Assembly: GCA_965655095.1 (NCBI GenBank)
Contig: OZ296658.1
Location: 11,904,001 to 11,968,000 of the forward strand
Reading direction: 5' to 3'
From: Haplodiscus bocki
Lineage: Eukaryota
Length of the DNA: 64,000 nucleotides
A model generated the notes under the pieces. The model worked only from the letters and a program-made list of their open reading frames with translations, had not been told where the DNA came from and searched no databases. Positions 53,090 to 64,000 of this stretch are shown here, in pieces. The translations under genes were made by a program, and so were the position numbers. Each line of letters opens with the position of its first letter. Positions within the stretch are counted from its first letter, which is position 1.

Positions 53090-54320
53090 TTCCATATAGA
53101 CTCACCATAAAACCAATCAGCGCTCAACCGTAGAAGCATTGGCTGAATTCACAGAGAAACTTCGACATTAAAATCAATATAGGGAGCAATATTCTGTTAT
53201 TTTAGGTTTTGAAAAGGCTTTCGATACAATGAATCATCAACATTTGCCTATGAAATTGGAACTCAATGTTATCAGAAGATTTGTACTGACAAGGCTACGA
53301 TCCTATCTTCACAACCGACGTCAGTTTGTTAACGTTGATAGAGTTAGGTCCACACTCAGAGAAATTAATTGCGGTGTTCCACAGGGCTGTATTGTAAGAT
53401 TTCTGCTGCTTGTAATCTATATCAATAACCTCCGAATTTTGTGTCGTGTTTTTGATCTGTTTTCTGTTTGCCGATGACACGAATTTGTTGTTTTAAAAAC
53501 AGTGAGGTGGGTTTTGGAATAGCAGATCTTCCTTTAAAACGACTGTCTTCTCGGCTGATTGGCAACAAACTGGCGCTCGGAATTGAGAAAGCGCAATCTT
53601 TTTGCGCTAAAAATGGAAGGTATCCGTTCCTCGATATCAATGGATAAAGTATTTCGGCATGTGAGTCCAGTAAATCTTCGATAATACATCAGGATGCGAA
53701 GTTGCATTTCAACAACCACGTTTTTTCTGTAGTGAAACGAGTGCCGAAACACATCCCAAATATTGCTTTGCTTCGTCCTTATGTGTTAAAAAATGTACCA
53801 CTGAAATTTTACACCTACTATAAGAAACCTTGACTTTTCTATGGAATTTTGATTCACGGTTGCACCAGCAAAAGCACACTTCTGCTGATCGGAGAAGTCA
53901 AGAAAAAATCTCTACGCTTCATCTATTTCGAGAACAAAATGTTTTCCAGCGCTAGTTCATAACAACTAAGTGGATCGCTCAGTTTATTTGAGGTTTATGC
54001 ATTCGAACTTTGTACTGACGTCCATTCGAAGTGAGCATAATTCTATCATTTTAAATTCTCCCTGTCAAAAAAATGTGAATTACTTGTGAACGCGAAGTGT
54101 TGCCTTAGGAAGCTTTAAGGTACCAACAGTGACCAATGCTCTAGTAAAAAATTCACGAAGTACTAGTGGTGCTCGATTACTCAATTTTTTGATTGCTAAT
54201 GAGGAACCGATTGTCAAAGTCAATACTATGCCTCCTTATACTCTTCTAAATTATTGTAGAAAACTGAGAAACAAATTCTCATGTCAACTAATTGCCGAAA
54301 TAATATTATGTTAAAGTACT
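53090..54320 (+). mobile_element. 5'-truncated, decayed LINE (CR1/L2-like) reverse transcriptase
   Basis: FEKAFDTMNH, LRSYLHNRRQFV, CGVPQG, IYINNL and LFADDTN motifs. Confidence 0.85.
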
Positions 54321-54544
54321 CCTTCTCTAATGACTTGTTTGTCGGTCCTCCTTCGACAAGCCAACTTGAGCTTCTGGAGGGTCCCTGTAATGTTATTTTT
54401 TTTTCAAAAAATTGTATGTGATGCTGTTTGAAACAAAGCACATTAGTAAAAATTCTTCTTTTAGACTATCCATTTAACAGTCAATGCAATGTACAATGCT
54501 TTGCACGCGGTCAAATGAAATTTCTTGTGTATTCAGAGGAAGTA

Positions 54545-56864
54545 ATGGTGTCGTGCATGCGTGGGTTGGAACTGAAATACACCAGTGCAATAAAAGTTGA
54601 AAATATTAACGAAACATCCGCACAAGGGGCATTATTTAATATTTATGGTTTGCTAAAAAGTTGTCATGCAGAGATAACAGGTCCTTCGTCTTTGGGACCC
54701 AGAACAAATTTTATTCCTAATGCTGTGCAAAGAAATAGAGAAGAGAAACCCAATGGAAGGATTGAAATCAGTACGGCTAAGATTGGGCGAGTTCATCTTT
54801 TTGGTAATCAAACATCGAGTTTGAAAAACGTCAAAGCAAATGAAGTCACTGCGTTTCAGACTGGATCAAACGAAGGAACTTCGCCCATATCTCAAGGTCA
54901 ATCAAACCCCGGTGTTTTAACATTCGAATGCCACTATTGCGCCGCTGTATTTGCACAGGAGAATTCTCGAATGAACCATGAAAGAAAACACGTTAAACTT
55001 AAACCTTTTGCGTGCAAATTCTGCAATGGAACGTTCTCGTTTTCGCATGAGCTCTACAACCACGAAACAAATTCACATCCACAAAAAGAACAATTCAAAT
55101 GCGATTTGTGTTACGCGAGGTTCAGCATCAAGCAAAAACTGGAAATACACAAGAAACGAGTTCACCAAATTTCACCGAGTAAAGCGGTTCCGGGGAAATC
55201 AGATTGTTGTAAAACAGTTCCAAAGGAACCAAAGGCTTCAAATGGAACCATTTTCTTCGAAAAACTATTACAATGTTTATTTTGCGGCGAAAAGTTCTCT
55301 GAAGACCATGCTTTGTTTGAACATATTAGAACCCACGCCGTCGGAAGTTTTATTGCCCCCGAGAATACAGACAACACATCTCAGCACAAAAGCGAACCGA
55401 ATAACACTATCACGGGTACAGCTTTTAAAGATAAAAAACCTGTTTTTTGTACTTTTTGTCGACAAACCCTGACAGACGAAATCACTTTGAAACCTAAAAA
55501 CGGTGGAAATGTGATCGCAGAATTTCCAGTTTGCAGATTTTGTCATGGAAAGTTCCTTAGCAAAAAACCTGCTATCATTCTGCATCGAGTCAACATAGAA
55601 GATGCTATCACTTGTGATAAATGCAATGCCGTGTTTTTTGAGAAGACAGATTTGGACGGACATCAAGAAATTCATTCAACTGAACAGTGGTTTGCGTGCC
55701 GGTGCTGTGATGCGAGTTTCGCCCATCTGTTTGATATGATTGACCACGAACGATATCACAGGAAACAAAAGTTCTTCGCCTGTTCTTGTTGTCCAGCCAG
55801 GTTGTGTTAGCAACTCATTAAAAATTGTAACTTTTTTCGAATAAAATTTTCGAGAAATGAACGCAAACGTACTTGAAGAATGAGAATTAAAAAAAATCCA
55901 TAAAGTTTCAAAAATGTTTTACGGAGAAAAAAACAAAACTGCGTGGCTATTGCTCCGCAAAGTTCGAACTTGCTGCTTTGCTTCAAAATATTTTCACGGT
56001 TCTGACCGTTTTTTACATATTCTGACTGTAAGAATTTGTGTTGAAACTGGCTCATACTTAGTTTTTATACTGTTCAAAACTTGCATTTTCTGACGTCATC
56101 AGTCTAGTCATCTTTTGTAAACGGTCAAAAACAGTCTTTTTGGCATGTATTTGTTCATTTTCGCATTTTTTACTGTGCAAACTTCTTAAATATTGGGCAG
56201 CAAAATAGCGTAACCTGAAGAGACATGATTGACATATCAATTTTTCGAGTATGAGACCCTGCGACAGGCACTTGTTTCAATTTGAGTTTTTTGAACAAGC
56301 TCTTGATTGACAGCTGATGTCATTTGTAAAAGCTTCAGTCACATCTTCGATCATGATTTCAAATGTCTTTTGAGATCTTTGAACTCAACTGACTAGTCAA
56401 TGTGTTGCTCAGTTTCGCTTCCCGCGTGTTGACCGATCAGCAAGTTTTCAGTTGCTAACACTTTTTCTAGACTTCATTCAAAGAAAGGTCTAGCCCAGCA
56501 CCATGGAAAATTCCATCGAAACGTTAGAAAATACAGATGTGGTATTTGTGACAAAGAGTTTGCTGCTAAAGCTAGCTTCCTGAAACACAAAGGGGCTCAC
56601 GATAGAGTTGGCATCAAGTTTAAATGTCATGTTTGCAAGAAAAGATATACCAAACAGGGCTTCATGAAGCACAAAAGGAAACATTGGAATGGAGATGAGA
56701 AACACTTCCGGTGCAATTTTTGCGATGCTGCTTTTTCCCAGCGATATCGTCTCATCATTCACATTGCTTCTCATACTGGGGATAAGTTTTTTGTGTGCAC
56801 TTGTGGTGCTAAATTTGCAAGTGAAACTTCATTTCGCAATCATGCTAGAGTTCACAAATATTAG
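54545..56864 (+). CDS. C2H2 zinc-finger protein with about 11 fingers; exons 54545-55800 and 56471-56864 (an upstream exon is possible)
   Basis: Splicing the GT-AG intron 55801-56470 restores a split finger CSCCPAR|LHSKKGLAQHHGKFH in frame. No stops. An acceptor-like TTCAG at 54536 suggests a further 5' exon. Confidence 0.85.
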
Positions 56865-57532
56865 GCAGAAACAGCTGAAGTCGGCGATGCTCAAATTATT
56901 CGATCCCTGAAATGTTACATATGAGAATTTCAGAGCTTTGTTTTGAAGAAATCATTTCTGACCAACTCGGTTTCAGAGAAAATTAGCGCTGTTTCAACTC
57001 GAAGAAAATCGGATATGCTTGGAAGCTTTCCACGTGCATTTTAGTTGGGCTCAGAAGTTATTTTATCAAGAGCTGCGTTCAAGTTTAAGATTACAATTGT
57101 ATATACTTTTACCAAGTGTTTATCCATGTGAAATTAATCACCCAGAAATTATTTGCAATAATTATGGGCGAGTCGGTACATATGTAAAATATTTCTAATG
57201 AAAATTTTTGTTTTTTTTGTTTGCTATATTCCTGTTTGCTGCTAAGAGATAGTCAATTAGTATGTATAAACTCTGTAGTTTACTATTTTTGTATTTGTAC
57301 ATAATATAGTTTCGGTGCACTTGGTGTATTTTATTTGAAATCATTTTTTCATTATGTCCTGAATATTCATGGCTCATTTTCTTTGTTTCAACTTTACAAC
57401 TTTCGATTTTTAGAAAGCAGTTTCGAAGGTCTCAAAAATATAAAAACCATCAAAATTTTACTCTTTCATTTCGACTGACGTGGCTGCAAATCTACTAAAT
57501 TGGATTATGAGAGAATATCACTCGAATAAAGA

Positions 57533-57700
57533 TTTGCGGGTCAATCCCAAGATAGCTCCAATCTTTCCGCGGGTGAATCTTCAGTCTCTCTCAATCTTCT
57601 CGCAAGTAAACTTCTACAAGATTCACCTGCGGAAAAGCAGAAGGAGACTGGAGATTCACCCGCGAGAACATTGACGCAATATTAGGATTGACCCGCGAAA
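57533..57700. repeat. Long imperfect palindrome (foldback/MITE-like) built from CGCGGGTGAATC units
   Basis: The left arm GCGGGTCAATC...CGCGGGTGAATCTTCAGTCTC is mirrored by GAGACTGGAGATTCACCCGCG...GATTGACCCGCG. The plus and minus ORF translations are near-identical. Confidence 0.8.
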
Positions 57701-58199
57701 AACCATGTGAGTCCTCATTGGTGAAGAAAAGGTGAGAGTTAGCAAAATAGTCGCGGTAAAATCTAAGAAGACGATTGGTACTGTTTTTATTGCTCCATAA
57801 GTTGTGATTTGGAATATTTATCAAATGAGTACGTTCTCGATAATACACGAATATCTCAAATAGTACAACCGGTTGCTATGGTTCTGAAGGTTGAGGGTTC
57901 GAATCCGAAATGTGACGTTACTTTTAATATGGACTAGCAGTAAAGAAAGTCTAAAGAAACAGTTAAATCAGTTTCCTAGTACCGTGTAGATCAAAATATT
58001 TATTGATTAAGTCGACAACGGGGTGGAGACAGCTGCTTTTCAGGATATTGACAATAACTCTCGCTCTTTTCACAACTTTGGTTTTAATTTATTTGACATA
58101 TCATGACGGAGAAAGAATGAAACCATTAGACTCTGATATGTTTGACTACTACCGACACGAGTTTACAATATCTGTTTAATCGCCAGCCTATGGTAGTTT

Positions 58200-61100
58200 C
58201 TGTCTGATCACGGTTTTTGTTTTTTTTCTCGTAGATGCAAACTGAAATGCTTGCATTTGCCCATAGTCATATGAAGGGTGAAAAACATGCAAAGTATATG
58301 TGGTAAACTGAACTATAGACCCATTGCAGAAACGATAATTTCATCAAGTAATACATGCTTGAACTGTCGAGGAAAACATTATTTTGTCTGATAACGGATT
58401 TTGGAACTAGTTCGCAATAAAAGCATCGGAGGGGGGTTACAGACGACACGTTCCGAGATTACTCCGAGTGATATCAGAGAAAGGCAGACAGTTGAGGAGT
58501 ACAGAAATCGCTACTGAAAGTGGATGAAACTTAAATCGCTGATGCAATCTTATTCACCAATTGTTTGAGATTGAAATTTTACAGAAGGCATTTCCACAAG
58601 TCAGAGAAATGTGATTGGTTGTTCAAAGGGTCTAAAGCCTCTCGACTCTAAAGCCTGTTTCTTGCAAGTTGCCGAAAAGTTGACAACAAATACAGTAAAG
58701 TCAACCGGATTGAATAATTGGAGCAATCATAGGTCATTTTCATTTAGCGTTTTCAACCAGAATAGTACCCCGAAAGTTTTTCACTTTTGTCAGGCTAACT
58801 TTTCAAAGGTTTGTTTTTGATTTCAGTGGATGTTTTTACTCAAATCAACCTTCGCAATCAAAAAGGAATCTTCTTGGGAATTGACTAGAGGGATGCATTT
58901 CTTTCGAGGGCACTGAGAAAGAAATGTTACTTTGTTACTGAGACTGTTCAATGTGAAGTCTCCACGATCATTGTGCAGTCGGAGTACCTTTTTGTCATTC
59001 CCTTGTTGACAATGAATTGGGTGGAATTCGTTGCAAGTGTCGTTAGGATTATCTTCGTGTTGAATTCGATGGGTTACTGGAGAGCCAAGTTCATTATAGA
59101 AATCTTTGTCCCTAGGTTTTTTCTTGTGTTGTAACTGATGTTTCTGGTATTCCTCAACTGTTACGTTTTACCATAGCAATATCCGGGAAAGCAGGATTTC
59201 ATCCTGGAGTCCAGATAACCTTAAGATTTTGGATTTTCATTATGATTACTTGGTACCTGAAGAACCGATGGGACAGTTGTCCTCTACGTCCCCATAAGTA
59301 AAGAATCGGTTTGTGATCACAATGTAGGTAAATAGTAAAAAGAGATCCAATGATGTAGTGTTCGTAGGTTTGTAAGGTTGAAACTATCCCACAAAGTTCT
59401 CGATGAAAAGTGGACATTTTCTGTTCAACTTTGTCGAAAATCCTCGAGTTGAAGGAGATCATTCGTTTTCCCTCAGGAAACTGTTGAATTAAGGTACAAC
59501 CAGTTCCAACGTTTGACGAATCTACGAGAATATGGAGAAGATAGTCAGTTGAGGGCACAGCAAGGATCGTATCTTCACTAATTCTGTCCTTGATTGATTG
59601 AAAGAGTTTCTCGTGTTCGTGTGTCCAGTGGAAGGGAGTCGAGTCCTTAATCAAGTCGTAGAAGGGCTGACTGTCCACATGGAGGTTCCTGATATAGCAA
59701 CTGTAGAATCCAAGGCATCCAAAAATTTTCATGACATCTCGTTTACTTTCGGGTGGTTTGAGATGTTTCAAGTCTTCTCGTTTTGCAATGGGTTGGATTC
59801 CTTCCGGGGATATAACGTGACCAAGAAAATTAGTTTTCTTTGGATAAAAGAATGTTTTGTCAGGAGATGCGCCTCCCTAAGGAGGGTATGGTACTCGTTA
59901 TTGACCGTGAGCATCTCGTTCTTGTTTTGTGACTGCATCATTGTATCATCAATGTACGTGATTGCTTGCTTTTTATGAGCGGATCAAAATGAGTCGCCAT
60001 CAGTCGGCCAAAGAAGTTTGAAAGTCCGCATAACCCATAGGAACCACGCGTGTAGGTGTACGGCTCTCCACCGATTATGAAACTAGTTACTTTTTGTTTT
60101 TCTGAGTTCAATGGAACTTGATGACAGGCACAAGAGAGATCACTTGCTGAGAAAACCTAACCGTTGATCCTAGTCATGATCATCTGGTTTGGTTCTAAGG
60201 GCCAGGAATAGTTTTTAAGATCTGATACTGAGTTGAGATATCTCGCGTCAATTACTAACTTCACTTAGTCGTTTTTAGGCATTAGGATGATCGTGTTAAC
60301 AAATAATGATCCCATCTTGTCGTCGTCGCCCTTTTCGCGAATGATATCTGCCTCTTTTAGTTGTGTGAATAGTTTTTCCAGTTCCTCCTTCAAATGCAAC
60401 AGATCCTTGCTCGTTCCGTTCAACTTTTGGTTTCAGAGCGACATGGAATCTTTGACGAGTTTTACCCACATCAACATTATGTTGAGAATAGACATCCTGC
60501 GTATCAACTAACATGTCAGTCAGGAGTATCATTTCTTCATCGGTGATGTCTGAGTACTGGAAGTTGAATTCTTCTACAAATTTGATCAGTTCTTTTGGCT
60601 GCTACTGAAGGTAGTGATCAATGAGTCGAACATTGTGATCTTTTCGCGAAGGACCGGGAATTGTTCGTCACAGGTCGGTTGGCAGGATTTGGAATCTTTC
60701 GTAAAGTCTGTTTCTGACTCATTGTTTTCAAGTAAGAGCTCTTCACACTACCGTTCTATCTCGTCGTCAGCATAGAACGCAGCATCGTCTTCAGCGGACA
60801 GCGCGTGAACTCCAATTTCGTCAAGAGTTTATACTACAATTTGCACGTCGGCATAGGCGAAGATATCACGAAGTAGTTTCACAACCTCGTGCCAATTTTT
60901 GATCCGTCTACAGCCAAGTTTGGGTATAGCGATTGCAGAAACACTTTTCGTACTTGCATGAATCTTCATTGCTTCTAATGTTTTAGAAAGCGTCGATAGG
61001 TTGAGTTTGTCGCAAAACCTCTCTTTAGTCACAAGGTTGTAGTAATATAACATTATCCTGTTGAATACCAGAAGAGGTAGACATGTGCCATGAGCAGTCT

Positions 61101-63586
61101 TGCTTTGCAGCATGCTGATTTAAGACCAGAGATTCTGTGAGATAAGAGGTTGGCAAAACCTTTGCTCATTCGAGCGTCAGCATTGATGCAATGTCCATTT
61201 GAATTAGGTTGTTGAAGGAGCGAATCTTCTGTACCATAGATGAATTGTAGAACTTCGTCACTGCTCTGAGCTGGAACTGTTGAATAAAAAGAAGCAATCG
61301 TTGTGTCGTTCATCAGTAGGGATGATAGCGTTCGTTAACTCATAAGGACACCGTGTTTGATATTTGGGTTCATCTCGATCAATCATGTCGAGAGAAGAGA
61401 ATCCGGTTCGCCCCTTTGGTAGTGTTATCTGATGGTTTTTGTTGTTTTCCATCAGTATCGGGAGAATAGTTCGGATCGAGTGCACAAGGTGTTTATAAGG
61501 AACAGGCCGGTAGCCACAGCGTTCCATTTCGGTTGAAAAGTTGAGCCTGGTGGAAAGTGTGTATGAGTGTCTGCGAGAGAATACTTTCAACAACGGGAAC
61601 TTTTAGCGTCAATACACATCGTATAAAGGGTTCTAATTGTCAAAATTTGTGCTAATTGAGGGTAGGATTTGTTTTGTTGAAAGCTGCCATAGCATATTGA
61701 CTTCGGAGGGTTCTCAATTCCAGGTAGATCAAAATGAATTCCTGAAACTCGTTTTTGGCAGACGTCCATTCCAAGGAGGTTCTGAGTCCTCATCTCAGTG
61801 ATCCATACTGTTAGTGGGAAGATAAATTGTCCATCTGTGTCATAACTAAAAGTTATAGTTGAGTTGCCAATCATAGGAACTTTTTGTCCTGAGTATGTCT
61901 TCATTACTTTGGTACTTTTTTGTATGGTAAATGCGTGCTGTAACTGACAGGTCTCTCAAAAAGGTTCGGTAATTGAATATTGAACAAGATGCTCCTGTAT
62001 CCAACACAATTTTAATCTCCAAACAACTATGTTTTTGGGTGTTTCCAGGGGTGAAGTAGAAGATATTGAGGCTAAATCTGGAATTCCGAGATTTGTCGAT
62101 GTTCGAGTTCGGAGACCTTAGTAGCTTAACGGACAGAGGTCTGATAATTCTTTTTTGGTATCGTCGGTTGTGGTGAAGCGAACCACATTAGAAGAGGTCT
62201 GGTTGTTGTTTTGTGGAAATTTTTGTTCGTAGGGTGTAAACCCGGTCGTAGGTCGATTGTCAGATCTTCGGAAAGAAGAATTAATACGCTGATCCCTTCT
62301 TGACTGGTGGTATGAACTACTTTGTGATGAGTCTCTCCTTTGAGTCGATGGAGAACGAGAGCAGTTCCTATTGTTTCACCAGTTCCAATGTGATTATTGA
62401 AAGATCCATTTCGGGATCGATTTCCATCGCTTCTTTTAAATGACTGATTTGGGCGTTGATCATATGATGTTCCTTTGTTCGGATGGTTATTCCCATATGC
62501 GAGGTTTCGCATTGGAAAAAATTGTGATAAGTTGTAGAAAAATTTCCTATAGGTCCATCATTATGGCAATTCTGATTTTTCTTCTGCAAATTTTGGCCTC
62601 TTGTCCATTGTTTTGATATATGCTCTTGTCCTCGTTTTTTGTTGTAGTCCTGAGTAAACGTAACCTTTTTCTCAGCTGTTCTTTCGTTCTTGATTCGTTT
62701 CAGTTCTTCGCCTCGTATCTTTTTGCGGCATCAACTTGGGGTATGTCCTTTTGTACGTCAAATTTTGCAAAATCGGGTTGCAATTTGTTTTCTTTGGTGG
62801 TTTGGGTCTACAGTTCGAGGATTTCCTTCTACAGCATTAACTCGCTGTTCCTGTAATTCTGATCGTAGGTTTTTCATTTCCTGTCCCTTTGTAGCCATCT
62901 GGGTTTTGGTTTGTTCTTCATCGTTCAAGAAATTAGAACAGACGTGGAAGCACACGTCTCTCTGAATTATTTGGGCTGAGAAGTCATTCCACGTAGCATT
63001 CGGGTTTTCCATCAGATATTCTTGTGCTTTTCGTTGTAGGTATCTAAGTCTGAGTCCCTTTAGTGAGTAGTCTTTTTTGTCGTCCTTGAGCTTCTCGTTC
63101 TGCATTATGTTGAGCGGCCTCAGTACCGTTCAGATCATCGGCCAGCCTTTATCAACCGTTCGTTTGATACGGTGTGAGAATTTTCGAATTTCTTCTCCAT
63201 CTCCTCTATTACAATGTTCCTTTTTCCATGCGGTACCGGAATTTTTTTCGTCCATCTGAAAATCTAGTGATGAAATTTGTTCGAACATTCTCCCAGGTGG
63301 TAGCGTTGGTAATGTTATTCTGATACCACTCAGCGGCTGGTCCTCGGAGTGAAGAAAAAAACAGCGCTTTCTTCCTGAAAGTGTAAGTTGCCAGTTCACC
63401 AGCATCTCCAGGTGCGTCTCCAACAGCGAAGTTGATTTTTCGTTCGATTAGTTGGAATAAAGATTGGCCGTCTTGATCAGGATCTGTGCCAGAAAAATTG
63501 TCGATGGCTAGATCAGGATAAAGAAGATGAGTATTGGCCATTGTGGGGGTTCTATCTTCAAAAAAGGAAGTGTAATAGTTCTCCAA
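58200..63586 (-). mobile_element. Decayed Gypsy LTR retrotransposon: gag, protease, macrodomain, RT, RNase H
   Basis: gag FSGTDPDQD...LRGPAAEWY; protease VLDTGASCS (~62000) and NLLGMD; RT YIDD (~59945-59956); RNase H VDSSNVGTGC, RELCGIV and CDHKPI. The integrase is largely missing. Confidence 0.92.
60829..61257 (-). pseudogene. TARG1/OARD1 (Poa1-like) macrodomain within Gypsy pol
   Basis: GHCINADARMSKGFA...YYYNLVTKERF...LSKTLEAMKIHA...IAIPKLGC..NWHEVVKLLRDIFAYADVQIVV parallels TARG1 as recalled (AHCISEDCRMGAGIA...YYLITK...LQKSLEAMKSH...MPRIGCGLDRLQW...IEEVF...IKITVY). Confidence 0.85.
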
Positions 63587-64000
63587 GAATGTGAAAAAGA
63601 TAAGAGTTCAAGTGGGGTTCAGGAAATTCCTCGTAATCGTTTAGAGCCCCTGATGGAGATACAAGTACGGAATGATGCTTTTTAATATCTATTTATTTCG
63701 AAATATTTGGTTTACTTTCTGGATGGGCAGTCACTTTTATGCAAAAGTCATAGCTGAAAGTCTATTTCAAGCATATAATGACAACTGTTAGAGTTTCGCT
63801 GTCAGGGGTGATGGTCCACAGACAATTCGATGGAATATGCTGGCATTCATCTTCGATATCACCCCAGTTTCGTGGAAGAATCTCAAATTTTCATGGCATT
63901 TATTGTTTAGTTAAATTTAGCAATAATGTATAGATTGAAAAGTATAGGTACTAGCAACAAAAACAGTTATAGTATTCAATTTCCAGAAGTTCGGTTGCAA

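Noticed and set aside
54978-55675. Overlapping alternative-frame and antisense ORFs in the zinc-finger gene
   Set aside because: Shadow ORFs of the real CDS.
57870-57910. tRNA gene (GGTTCGAATCC B-box)
   Set aside because: No A-box, D-arm or acceptor stem could be built. At most a tRNA-derived SINE remnant.
61258-61600. dUTPase domain between protease and macrodomain
   Set aside because: Only a vague NxxxxxITLPKG resemblance; the dUTPase catalytic motifs are not visible.

Overview
This is an AT-rich eukaryotic (animal-like) window that is mostly nested, decayed transposable elements, with a 200-N scaffold gap at 35807-36006. Only one host gene looks intact: a spliced C2H2 zinc-finger gene with about 11 fingers (54545-56864). 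The mobile elements are as follows. (1) An 8.3-kb non-autonomous LTR retroelement (9704-18039, GTTTC TSD, PBS and PPT present) that lost pol and carries an intronless ~1.7-kb fragment of a NO VEIN-like cellular gene. (2) Three further solo LTRs of other families. As in element 1, each carries the 5' part of gag inside the LTR, and the reading frame runs through the LTR end. (3) A Gypsy element (about 58200-63590, minus strand) with a TARG1/OARD1-type macrodomain between protease and reverse transcriptase. (4) A decayed protein-primed DNA polymerase B, Polinton/adintovirus-like (about 36100-40100). (5) Two nested Mutator-like elements with a C-terminal RING finger. (6) A LINE RT relic plus BEL/Pao and Gypsy relics. 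(7) Two diverged copies of an unidentified element with an unknown ORF and an env-like membrane-protein tail. All family assignments come from manual motif recognition; no searches were run.
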